The notes under the pieces are model-generated. The model worked only from the letters and a program-made list of their open reading frames with translations. It had not been told where the DNA came from and did no database searches. Source: a bacterium (GTDB lineage: Bacteria > Zhuqueibacterota > Zhuqueibacteria > Residuimicrobiales > Krinioviventaceae). From it: a DNA stretch of 64,000 nt. Positions 47,458 to 57,518 of this stretch are shown one piece after another. Positions within the stretch are counted from its first letter, which is position 1, and every line of letters begins with the position of its first letter. The DNA lies in the NCBI GenBank assembly GCA_963674595.2, contig CAXXFV010000027.1, positions 32,001-96,000 of the forward strand. The letters run 5' to 3'. The position numbers were made by a program, and so were the translations under genes.

Positions 47458-48615
47458 TCAACCTATTGTCTTTTCAAATATTGTATATGTTTTTGACGAT
47501 GTCACGTTATACATTTCAATTATCCGGTTGATCATCGTATTATCTTCCAAAACCCAGCCAAGATCGCAGTAATCATAACCTTTTTTCTGAGAATAAAGTT
47601 TTTGCTGATGCAGCATTACACCATCAAGCCCGAATCTTCTGAATTTTTTCTTAACGCCCAAATATCCAAGCCGAAATCCCTGAACACTGTTTTTATACAA
47701 TAGCATTTTTACAGCGCGAATTAAATCACAACGGCGACATATTTTTCCGGGCTTTAATTTTTCAAAAATATTCGGAACACCTCCAAAAAAGGCGGCCGGT
47801 TCTCCGTCGACATAAAGAAATATAAACAAGCCCTTGTCCATAACTAGCATCATATCATTCACAATTGAATAAAACTCTTTTTGCTCAAAAGGCACAAATC
47901 CGAAATTATCATTCCATGCATCATTATAAATTTCGTGCATTTCTTTTTTTCTTACATCCAAAGGTCTTTGGTCCCACGTTTCAAGTGTTACTTTATATCG
48001 TTTTATAATTTTATCATATAGTCTTTCAAGTTTTGGCTCCATGGGATCATTAACCGGCACTTCCCAGGACTTTACTCGTTTAATTCCTTCAAATCCTGCA
48101 GAACGTACCAGGTTTTCATAATATGGTTTGTTATAGTGATAATAAATAACCGGCCGTGTATCAAAACCTTCCGTTAACAGTCCCGGCGTTGCTTCGTTTA
48201 CAGGTAAATTTTGCGGACCGCGTATTCTCTGCATTCCCTGTTGAGACAACCAATCAGCAGCCGCAGTGAACAAATCATTTGCCACGTTTTGATCATCAAT
48301 ACATTCAAATTGACCGAAAAAACCGGTCTTTTCGTTCCAATGTTTGTTAAAGTTATGGTTTACAAAAGCGTTACAACGCCCAACCACTTTACCATCCTGA
48401 TAAGCTAAAAAGAACTTCATGTCCGCATGATTGAAAAAATTGTTTTGTGGTTCAAAAAAACCGGTCATGCCGATAAGATGAAACCCCAAATATTCATAAT
48501 CCAGTAATGGAATATATTGTGCATCCTGTTTGTAATGTTCCCAATGAAAATCAACAAACTCTTTTAACAGTTTTTTATCTGCTGCCGTCTGGTTGGAAAA
48601 ACTTTTTACACCCAT
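47458..48615 (-). CDS. GNAT-fold protein (YghO-like)
   Basis: GFFGQFEC, IRGP, YNKPYY, YNDAW-DNFGFVP, WVLEDN. Confidence 0.8.
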   Translation of the reverse strand: MGVKSFSNQTAADKKLLKEFVDFHWEHYKQDAQYIPLLDYEYLGFHLIGMTGFFEPQNNFFNHADMKFFLAYQDGKVVGRCNAFVNHNFNKHWNEKTGFFGQFECIDDQNVANDLFTAAADWLSQQGMQRIRGPQNLPVNEATPGLLTEGFDTRPVIYYHYNKPYYENLVRSAGFEGIKRVKSWEVPVNDPMEPKLERLYDKIIKRYKVTLETWDQRPLDVRKKEMHEIYNDAWNDNFGFVPFEQKEFYSIVNDMMLVMDKGLFIFLYVDGEPAAFFGGVPNIFEKLKPGKICRRCDLIRAVKMLLYKNSVQGFRLGYLGVKKKFRRFGLDGVMLHQQKLYSQKKGYDYCDLGWVLEDNTMINRIIEMYNVTSSKTYTIFEKTIG

Positions 48616-48683
48616 ACTATCTCCGAATAAAATCAAGAATATATTAAAAATAGATACAAAAGTTTTTAATTAAAATCAAGTTA

Positions 48684-49849
48684 TTACGCGGCTTTTCCCA
48701 AAAATATTGCATGCTCGCCAAACCGGTCACGGATCTTGTCCATAGCCTCTGTCAGCGCTGCTTTTTTTGAATTTTTGGGTTCCGTAAACAGGGACAATTG
48801 CGGTGATTCCTGTACGAGATCACACAATTTTAGCGTTAATTTTCGGACGCGCACCCTCCTGCTTAACGCTTTTTTCAACGTTTCATCAACATACAGACCC
48901 AGAGCATAGTCATCATGGGTCGGCAAAAAACCGTTTTTGTGCAATGTCGGTTTTGTCGTCGGAATAGTTTACCTGGACCAGCAATCGTTGACAAAACAGT
49001 TTTTGATTCCGCAAACGCCGTGTTCCCTGCGTTAATAAACGAAAAAGAATTGCATATAAAACCTGGTGATCATTGCAGTCCTGCGTCAGCGTTTGATTTT
49101 CAACGATCTCGGGAGCACGTTTTGGCGGCTGAACAGGCCGGTTATCAATACCGTGCGCGCGCTGGTAAAGCACCAGTCCCAGCTTGCCAAAGACCATTTG
49201 TAAATTTTCCGCAGAAACAAACGAAAGTTGGCGAATAATGTGAATGTTAAGGTCCCACAGATGTTGCCGCACGTCCTTTTTTACGCCGGGTAAAAAGCCG
49301 ATCTTTAGCGGGGCCAAAAAATTCTGTTCATTTCCATGGGGAACATCACATAAACTGTTGAGCTCGCCGGCATTCGTCACAACATCAGAGGCGACTTTGC
49401 TGACCATTTTGTTGCCGGCAATACCGGCATTTGCTTTCAAACGCAAACTTTCCCGTATCTCTCTTTGGGCTTTTGCCGCCGCATCTTTTATAGGTCCAAA
49501 AAGTTTTCCCGAACCGGACATATCAAGATAGGCATGACCAAAACGCAACGGCTCAATAATCGGAGAGAACCGGCCGAGAATTTTAAGCATTGCTGTTGTC
49601 GCCCGCACATACAATTCTTCATTGGGTGTCAATACCACCAGGTCCGGGCAATATCGTTTGGCCTGCGTCAGCGGCATGCCGGAAAAAACATGATTGCTGC
49701 GGGCCTCTTGTGAGGCCGACGAAATAATTGAACGTGTTGCGGTTTGTACGGCAATAGCAACCGCGCCGTTGCCGTAGTTTCGGCTCCAATACACGTTCAA
49801 CGGCAATATAAAAGTCTGTAATATCAATATGTATGACGGTTCTGTTCAT
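48684..49849 (-). CDS. Y-family DNA polymerase homolog, probably catalytically inactive (ImuB-like); two indels
   Basis: HIDITDFYIAVER, SASQEAR, GMP...CP, EPLRFGHAYLD (GH where DinB has DE), GNKMVSKVAS, LPGV, QLSLF clamp motif, MDKIRDRFG. Confidence 0.85.
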
Positions 49850-49922
49850 TTGTTAATAAATCTCGTTATTTCCTTATATTTTCTGCAAAGGTGCCGATAA
49901 TAATAAAAACAATGGAGGAAAC

Positions 49923-50753
49923 ATGTCTTTATCGACAACTTTGAACACAGCGTCCGGGTTGGCCGGACAACAGATTACGCAGCAACTTTCAAAACAACCC
50001 CGTACCAACACGCCGACCTCCCTCCTTTCGGCTGATTCAAAACAAATGGATGCCGCATCTTTTTCAGAACTGGGCCAATGGGCGTTACAAAATCATTTAA
50101 ATATTGAACAATCATCGGTTACGTCCGGATTTTCCGGTTATAATTTTGATTTACAATTTGATCAGGAACACCTGCAAAGCATCCACACACAAGGCTTTCT
50201 GGATATACAGCAGCAGAAACTTGAATTTGATTTATCTTTTGAACTAAACGCTTCTTCTTTTGAACAGTATCGCGGTAAAAATCAGCAGCTTCGTTTTGAC
50301 TTGCATTTTTCTATGGAAAACGTCCGGGTTCAGCAAGCTCAGGTCCATGAAAAAAAAGAAGATATTTTTCATTTTGTCAGGCGTATTGTTAAACATATCG
50401 CAGATTTTGCCGCCAGTGAGGATTTTGAGCTGGCAGAGTTAATACTAGATGATAAAGATGCTGTGGAAATCGCAGGTCTTGACAACGGAAAAATTCTGAA
50501 AGATATTGCGGCCCTTGTGACAATTCTTTATGCGGCCAACAAATTTCTCGGCAGAGACAAAACAGATGTTTCCATGTATTTAAAACGCGATTCCGAAACA
50601 GAATTACAATTTTCTTCAACCTGGCAGCAAAAGTTAAATTTTTCAGTCAGTGTAACAGCGATTCCGGATTCAGGGACGCCGGAAAAGACCGCAACCGATA
50701 CCGATACGGAACCGACGACTGATGACACAAACACGGAAAAAGACAATAACTAG
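49923..50753 (+). CDS. Hypothetical protein
   Basis: GGAGG RBS; 276-aa ORF with S/T/Q-rich N-terminus and acidic T/D-rich tail. Confidence 0.75.
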   Translation: MSLSTTLNTASGLAGQQITQQLSKQPRTNTPTSLLSADSKQMDAASFSELGQWALQNHLNIEQSSVTSGFSGYNFDLQFDQEHLQSIHTQGFLDIQQQKLEFDLSFELNASSFEQYRGKNQQLRFDLHFSMENVRVQQAQVHEKKEDIFHFVRRIVKHIADFAASEDFELAELILDDKDAVEIAGLDNGKILKDIAALVTILYAANKFLGRDKTDVSMYLKRDSETELQFSSTWQQKLNFSVSVTAIPDSGTPEKTATDTDTEPTTDDTNTEKDNN

Positions 50754-50756
50754 TTA

Positions 50757-51387
50757 TTATTTAATGCTTTCCCGAACCAGGGCAACAACTTTTCCCTGAA
50801 TGGTCCATTCGTCTGTCGGATGAATATCCGGATATTCTGCGTTTTCCGCCTTTAGGTACGCATGGGCGCCGTCTTTTTGTGCAAGCCGTTTTACCGTCGT
50901 TTCACTTCCACCAATCAGAGCAACCACAATGTCACCCCAATTGGCCGTATTTTGTGACCGCACAATAACCAGGTCCTCGTCCAGGATGCCCGCATTTTTC
51001 ATACTTTCTCCCTGCACGCGCAGTAAAAAATGCCGGTCTCCGGAACGGACCAAATAACGCGGTACGGCAATCTCCCGTTCAATTGTTTTCTTCAGCCAGC
51101 ATGGGAAGTCCGGCGGTAACAGCGCCTACAAGCGGCAAACTGATCTTGCTTTCTTCAATGCCCGGCGTTTCATAAGAATTCATCAGTTTTATGCCTCTGG
51201 CCTTGTTTTTTTCCCAAACAATAAAGCCTTTTTTGGCCAGGGCCGTTAAATGTTTCACCGACGAATTTTGAGAGGATACTCCCAACTCTTTTGCCAATTC
51301 CTTTAACGTTGGTGGATATCCTCGATCACTTATCAATTTGGAAATAATATCCAAAACTGTTTTCTGACGTTGTGTTAGTTTTTTCAT
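50757..51387 (-). CDS. lexA: LexA repressor (one indel near 51082)
   Basis: LTQRQ...GYPPTLKEL wHTH, VTAGLP Ala-Gly cleavage site, GESM (Ser), TVKRL (Lys). Confidence 0.93.
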
Positions 51388-51396
51388 GCAGTTCTC

Positions 51397-51426
51397 ATAA
51401 AAGGTGTAATTATATCCACCTTTTAT
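51397..51426. promoter_or_regulatory. Palindromic operator candidate upstream of lexA
   Basis: ATAAAAGGTG-N10-CACCTTTTAT perfect 10-bp arms. Confidence 0.6.
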
Positions 51427-51453
51427 TGTACAAATTCCCCAGGAAAAAGTCAA
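51425..51453 (-). promoter_or_regulatory. sigma70-type lexA promoter
   Basis: Minus strand TTGACT-N17-TACAAT. Confidence 0.7.
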
Positions 51454-51477
51454 TAATATTATTCAAAAATAATATTA

Positions 51478-51711
51478 TTATGTTGTTTCCGGAATGTTTA
51501 AAAGTTTAACAAGTCGTTCATGAATATTTTGTGGTACTTGTTTTTCCTTTAAACATTGGTATAAATTAACAGTTGTGCGCATAGAGTTTACCTGATTGCG
51601 GCAGTCCGGGCAGATTTCAAGATGTTCTTTAATTTTGTGACAAAGCTCAGAATTCATATCTTCTGCAAGCTCGTCACATATTTGCTCTAATATTTTACTA
51701 CAGGCCATCAA
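51478..51711 (-). CDS. Small zf-HC2 (ZAS) anti-sigma-like protein
   Basis: HLEICPDC (HxxxCxxC); GAGG RBS. Confidence 0.8.
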   Translation of the reverse strand: MMACSKILEQICDELAEDMNSELCHKIKEHLEICPDCRNQVNSMRTTVNLYQCLKEKQVPQNIHERLVKLLNIPETT

Positions 51712-51907
51712 AACCTCAATGAATTAAATAAATAACTAGGTTTAAATCATACTAAAAATTTATCCAAAATGCAAGATCATTATTTCTGCTTATTAATTAT
51801 TAGATGCTTAAAAAATAAATATTATTCAAATTAAAACCATTATTTGCAAAATTAAACAAAAATCCTTACATTTGGGCTTTAAAAATAGGATTAAACTGAG
51901 GAATATA

Positions 51908-52738
51908 ATGAAATTATACGAAATTTTAACCAAAGAAGAAATCGCGCCAAATGTAACACGGCTCACGATCTATGTTCCTGAAATTGCGTTAAAACGCAAA
52001 GCAGGTCAATTTGTAATTATTCGAATTTGTGAAGATGGTGAACGTATACCGTTGACGATTGCAGATGCAGATGAAAATAAAGGTACAATTACACTGATAT
52101 CACAAAGTGTGGGCAAGACAACATTTCAGTTGGCTTCTCTTAACACGGGTGATCAATTACAGGACGTTGTAGGTCCTTTGGGTACGCCGACGCATATTGA
52201 AAAACTGGGAACAGTTGTTTGTATTGGCGGCGGGATTGGGGCTGCTCCGCTCTACCCGATTACCCAGGCAATGCAAAAAGCAGGAAACCATATTATTACA
52301 ATACTTGGCGCACGCACGAAAGAACTTTTAATATTAGAAGATGAAATGCGTGGTGTCAGTGATCAGCTTGTCATTAACACAGATGACGGAAGTTACGGCC
52401 AAAAAGGTTTTGTTACAAATTCGTTAACTGACCTTATTGAGCAAAATATTAAAATAGACCAGGTCATTGCGATTGGTCCGTCAATAATGATGAAAATGGT
52501 TTCGGAAACAACACGAGCTCACGAAATTCCTACAGTTGTCAGTTTAAACACCATTATGATTGATGGAACCGGTATGTGCGGCGGCTGCCGGGTAAGTGTT
52601 GCGAATAAAACAAAATTTGTTTGTGTGGATGGCCCTGAATTTGATGGTCATCAGGTTGATTGGGATGAAATGATGAAAAGGTTAAATACATATAAAGAAC
52701 ATGAATGTAAAGCGATGAAACAATATACGGAAAAATAA
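51908..52738 (+). CDS. nfnA: NfnA/SudB electron-transfer subunit
   Basis: GQFVIIR, ERIPLTIAD, GPLG, GGGIG, DGTGMCGGCR, CVDGPEF. Confidence 0.9.
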   Translation: MKLYEILTKEEIAPNVTRLTIYVPEIALKRKAGQFVIIRICEDGERIPLTIADADENKGTITLISQSVGKTTFQLASLNTGDQLQDVVGPLGTPTHIEKLGTVVCIGGGIGAAPLYPITQAMQKAGNHIITILGARTKELLILEDEMRGVSDQLVINTDDGSYGQKGFVTNSLTDLIEQNIKIDQVIAIGPSIMMKMVSETTRAHEIPTVVSLNTIMIDGTGMCGGCRVSVANKTKFVCVDGPEFDGHQVDWDEMMKRLNTYKEHECKAMKQYTEK

Positions 52739-52753
52739 AAATTTAGGTATAAT

Positions 52754-54168
<1,415 letters not shown>

Positions 54169-54192
54169 TATTTTGGCGTAAAAATTATATAT

Positions 54193-54228
54193 AAAAAAAG
54201 CTCTGCAATTTTGTAGAGCTTTTTTTTT
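54193..54228. terminator. Bidirectional intrinsic terminator
   Basis: AAAAAAAGCTCTGCAA-TT-TTGTAGAGCTTTTTTT between convergent genes. Confidence 0.85.
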
Positions 54229-54231
54229 ATT

Positions 54232-55371
54232 CTATTCTGCCACTTTTATTAAAAGTTGTTTAATGAGTTTTGCCTGTTTAAATTCCTCGTCTTCAATTCC
54301 AAGTTTTTTCAACAATGGTGGTGGCGCCAGTCGATATGTCAATGTCGTTTCCAGATAAACGACATTAGAATCCGGTATCAAGTATGTTAAGAGCCGTTTT
54401 TCATCTGGAAGCAGGCGTTGGTCAAATTTTTCCGTAACAGCTTCCCAGGGGGGAACCGGGGCATCACCGTTTTCATTTGCCAAAAGTTTCATAAATATTG
54501 CCTGGGGATCTTCTTTTATTGGATTGATATAGTAATTTTTCCAGACCGGATTTTTGTCAGCATCCTGCGCTTCAATATTAAAAATTACCATTCGCATCGG
54601 AGAACCGGTCGGCAGAGCATGCCCAACAGCGTGATTTTGAATTTCGACCGCCACATCCAAAAGACTGTCTTTTCGTACATACTTAACTTTAATGTCGGCG
54701 CAATTGGTTAAAATTTCATCTGAATAACCGCCAAAAAAGGAATGAGAATGGATTTCATCTCGGACTTTACCCAATGGTGCAGCTTTGCCTTCTTTGGAGG
54801 GCATGTGGCAATCCTGACAGGAAACACCCTGTCTGGCAAAACGGCTGTTCTCCCATTCTGATTTTGTTGAACAAAAGGAAATACCATGAGGATTTTTTTC
54901 ATTACCATGACAGGTAAAACAAAATTCCGAAGTCGTTATACTTGCCGAGAATTCAGATTCATGCACATTTGAAATAGGATCTTTAATTGGCCCGTATTTT
55001 AAATTACCGGGACCAAGTTGAATCCAGTCATAGTTATCCACAACAGCTAGTTGTGTTGCATGGCAAATATCACAGCTAACGCCCTGTTCAAAAACCGCTC
55101 TTGTTTGCTCCGTATCCGGAATCAAAGTTCTGGCAGGTTCATGACATTTACGACAGGTTTCATCCAGAGAATTTTGGGATGATTTATTGGCCCAGTCAAG
55201 CATTTTTTGGAAAAATACATTCTGTGCTTCGGATGAATGTGCATGGCGAGAACTTTTCCACTCGGTATATATTTGTTGATGACAATCACTGCACTCTTCC
55301 GCCGGACTAATTGTTTGAGACCACCCATTTTGAATAAATAAAGTTAATACCAGGAAAAAATAATTTCTCAT
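54232..55371 (-). CDS. Exported pentaheme c-type cytochrome (c554-like N-domain)
   Basis: Signal peptide; CSDCH, CRKCH, CDICH, CFTCH, CQDCH; GHALPTG. Confidence 0.88.
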   Translation of the reverse strand: MRNYFFLVLTLFIQNGWSQTISPAEECSDCHQQIYTEWKSSRHAHSSEAQNVFFQKMLDWANKSSQNSLDETCRKCHEPARTLIPDTEQTRAVFEQGVSCDICHATQLAVVDNYDWIQLGPGNLKYGPIKDPISNVHESEFSASITTSEFCFTCHGNEKNPHGISFCSTKSEWENSRFARQGVSCQDCHMPSKEGKAAPLGKVRDEIHSHSFFGGYSDEILTNCADIKVKYVRKDSLLDVAVEIQNHAVGHALPTGSPMRMVIFNIEAQDADKNPVWKNYYINPIKEDPQAIFMKLLANENGDAPVPPWEAVTEKFDQRLLPDEKRLLTYLIPDSNVVYLETTLTYRLAPPPLLKKLGIEDEEFKQAKLIKQLLIKVAE

Positions 55372-55568
55372 TCTTTCTCCTTGTTAACTTTTTTCTTGCC
55401 CCCTCCTACTGTTAAAATAAAACCAATAACAGCACCATAGCCTGTGCTGATATAACCATTAGATGTAATCGGACACGTACCGGATTGACAGCCGATAAAA
55501 TGATAATAGGCGTATCCCAATAAAGCTCCAATGACAATGCCGAGAGCTAATTTCAAATATTTATTCAT
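55368..55568 (-). CDS. DUF6132-like small membrane protein
   Basis: GYAYYHFIGCQSGTCPITS between two TM helices; stop overlaps cytochrome start. Confidence 0.85.
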   Translation of the reverse strand: MNKYLKLALGIVIGALLGYAYYHFIGCQSGTCPITSNGYISTGYGAVIGFILTVGGGKKKVNKEKE

Positions 55569-55580
55569 ATATTACCTTTC

Positions 55581-56936
55581 TTACCTGCTGGCAACACTGG
55601 CAGCAATATGTATTGGGTCCCACATATTGTTAACAGCAGGCGTATATCCTAAATCAAGTTGTGCTAAATCATTTACAGTCATCTTTGCCGTAACGGCAGT
55701 GGCTAATATATTAATTCGTTGAGCAGCTTCCACTTTACCGCATATTTGTGCTCCCAAAACTTTATTTGATTTTTTATCATAAACCAACGTCAACGTCGTT
55801 TTTGAATCAGTATTCCCGATAAAAGGCGGACGGGCGTTTTGTGTTATTGTAACCTGTTCCGGAGAAAATCCGGAATCTTTGGCCTGATTGAACGACAATC
55901 CTGTTTTACCGACTTCCATGTCAAACAATCTGACCATTGACGTAGCAACAGAACCATTAAAAATTGAACGTTCACCGGCCGCATTACCTCCGGCAACCCG
56001 ACCTTGCCGTGCTGCAACACCGGCAAAAGGAATCCATTGGTTCTGACTGGTTACGATATTAGTTGTTTCACAACAATCACCGGCCGCATAAACATTCATG
56101 CGTTTTGTTTCCTGGTTTTTGTTAACGATAATAGCGCCGCCAGGACCCATTGGAATGCCCGCTTTTTTAGCAAGTTCCGTGTTTGGTTGCATGCCGGCAG
56201 CCAGAATCAAAACATCACATTCGACCTGCTGCTGATCCTCAAAATTTAATTGTCGAACGGAATTATTTTGTATTGCTGCATTAACTATTTTTTTGTTTAA
56301 CAGGATGTTAATACCGGAATTTTTCAAATGTTCAAAAATGTTATCCGCAATTTCTTTGGAAAAACCATCCAAAATCGAGTCTTTTTGTTCTATAACCGTT
56401 ACCTGCAATCCCCGATTGAGTAACGCTTCTGCAATTTCCAGTCCCAGATACCCACTGCCGACAATAACAGCTTTGCGGGGTTGTTTATTTAAAAAGGAAT
56501 TGAGATGTTCCGCGTCAGCAAAATTTCGAACAGTAAACATGTTGGCAGCATTTTCCGGGAAAACAGACGGAATAACAGGAACAGCACCGGTTGCAAAAAT
56601 CAATTTGTCATACTGATAGCTGTCAACACTGCCTGATGTCAAATTTTCAACCAGCACAGTCCGTTTAACAAGGCTAACTTCTTTTACACTGGAAGACAAA
56701 AGGACGTCATAGCCTCTTTTTTGTTTAACCGATTGAACATCATACCCGGAAACCTTGTCGGCTGAAAGCTGATTTGCCAGATAAAAAGGCAAACTACAGG
56801 AAGCATAACCAAAATGAGGTGATTTTTCTATGACAGTAACCTCGGCATCAGGATTAATACGTTTTGCTTTCCCGGCAGCAGCCAAACCGGCATCATTACC
56901 GCCTATAATCAATATTCTTTGTCGTTTTTTATACAA
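55581..56936 (-). CDS. CoA-disulfide reductase / NADH oxidase family flavoprotein
   Basis: GGNDAG, YASCSLP (single redox Cys), ATGA, GSGYLGLE, YAAGDC, LDLGYTP. Confidence 0.9.
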   Translation of the reverse strand: MYKKRQRILIIGGNDAGLAAAGKAKRINPDAEVTVIEKSPHFGYASCSLPFYLANQLSADKVSGYDVQSVKQKRGYDVLLSSSVKEVSLVKRTVLVENLTSGSVDSYQYDKLIFATGAVPVIPSVFPENAANMFTVRNFADAEHLNSFLNKQPRKAVIVGSGYLGLEIAEALLNRGLQVTVIEQKDSILDGFSKEIADNIFEHLKNSGINILLNKKIVNAAIQNNSVRQLNFEDQQQVECDVLILAAGMQPNTELAKKAGIPMGPGGAIIVNKNQETKRMNVYAAGDCCETTNIVTSQNQWIPFAGVAARQGRVAGGNAAGERSIFNGSVATSMVRLFDMEVGKTGLSFNQAKDSGFSPEQVTITQNARPPFIGNTDSKTTLTLVYDKKSNKVLGAQICGKVEAAQRINILATAVTAKMTVNDLAQLDLGYTPAVNNMWDPIHIAASVASR

Positions 56937-56969
56937 TGTTTACTCTCACAACTAAGCTTAATAAACCAG

Positions 56970-57000
56970 AAAAAGGCAAGTAACACATATTACTTGCCTT
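56970..57000 (-). terminator. Hairpin / probable terminator between FmdB gene and reductase
   Basis: Minus strand AAGGCAAGTAA-TATGTG-TTACTTGCCTT followed by TTTCT. Confidence 0.6.
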
Positions 57001-57068
57001 GCAAAAATATAAATATGGGGAATTAGAATCAAGCTAAAAATAAAGACATACAGTCTTTTTTATATTCC

Positions 57069-57284
57069 TCAGCCAAATCCGCTTGTTCCGCAACTGCCAC
57101 CGGACGAACCAGAAGAAACTGAAGCACTTCCTCCACTACCGCCTGATGCAAAAGCTGAAAATATTTTCTCGGGTTTTGCCGCACCACAAGCAGGGCAATT
57201 CAAGTTTGTTCCATCTTCACCAACCCGTTGAAAACTATCGAAAATATGCTGACACTCTATACATCGGTACTCATATATGGGCAT
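57069..57284 (-). CDS. FmdB-family zinc-ribbon protein (possible Sec readthrough to 57060)
   Basis: MPIYEYRCIEC...CPACG; G/S-rich tail ending SCGTSGFG-TGA-GGA-ATA-TAA. Confidence 0.9.
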   Translation of the reverse strand: MPIYEYRCIECQHIFDSFQRVGEDGTNLNCPACGAAKPEKIFSAFASGGSGGSASVSSGSSGGSCGTSGFG

Positions 57285-57286
57285 TT

Positions 57287-57457
57287 TTACTCTTTCTCCT
57301 TTTCTGAATCTAAATCCTGTACTTTATTTTTTTTCTTATCTTCACCCGGAAGATCACATGCACCGGACATTCAAGTAGGCACCCCAAATTTGGGTAAAAC
57401 AAATTTCATTAAAACAAACCACGCAATAAAAATTAATATTATACCTAGATTGTCCAT
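57287..57457 (-). CDS. Putative small membrane selenoprotein (56 aa, in-frame UGA at codon 29); absent from ORF track
   Basis: AAGGA RBS; MDNLGIILIFIAWFVLMKFVLPKFGVPT-U-MSGACDLPGEDKKKNKVQDLDSEKEKE; TAA 2 nt before FmdB ATG; hairpin after UGA. Confidence 0.7.
57338..57354 (-). other. SECIS-like hairpin
   Basis: AUCUUC-CGGGU-GAAGAU, loop starts 22 nt after UGA, G at loop position 2. Confidence 0.55.
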
Positions 57458-57518
57458 TCTGGTTCCTTGATATTTTTCATGTCCATTTATATTTTGATGC
57501 AATTAAAGGAAAAAGTAT

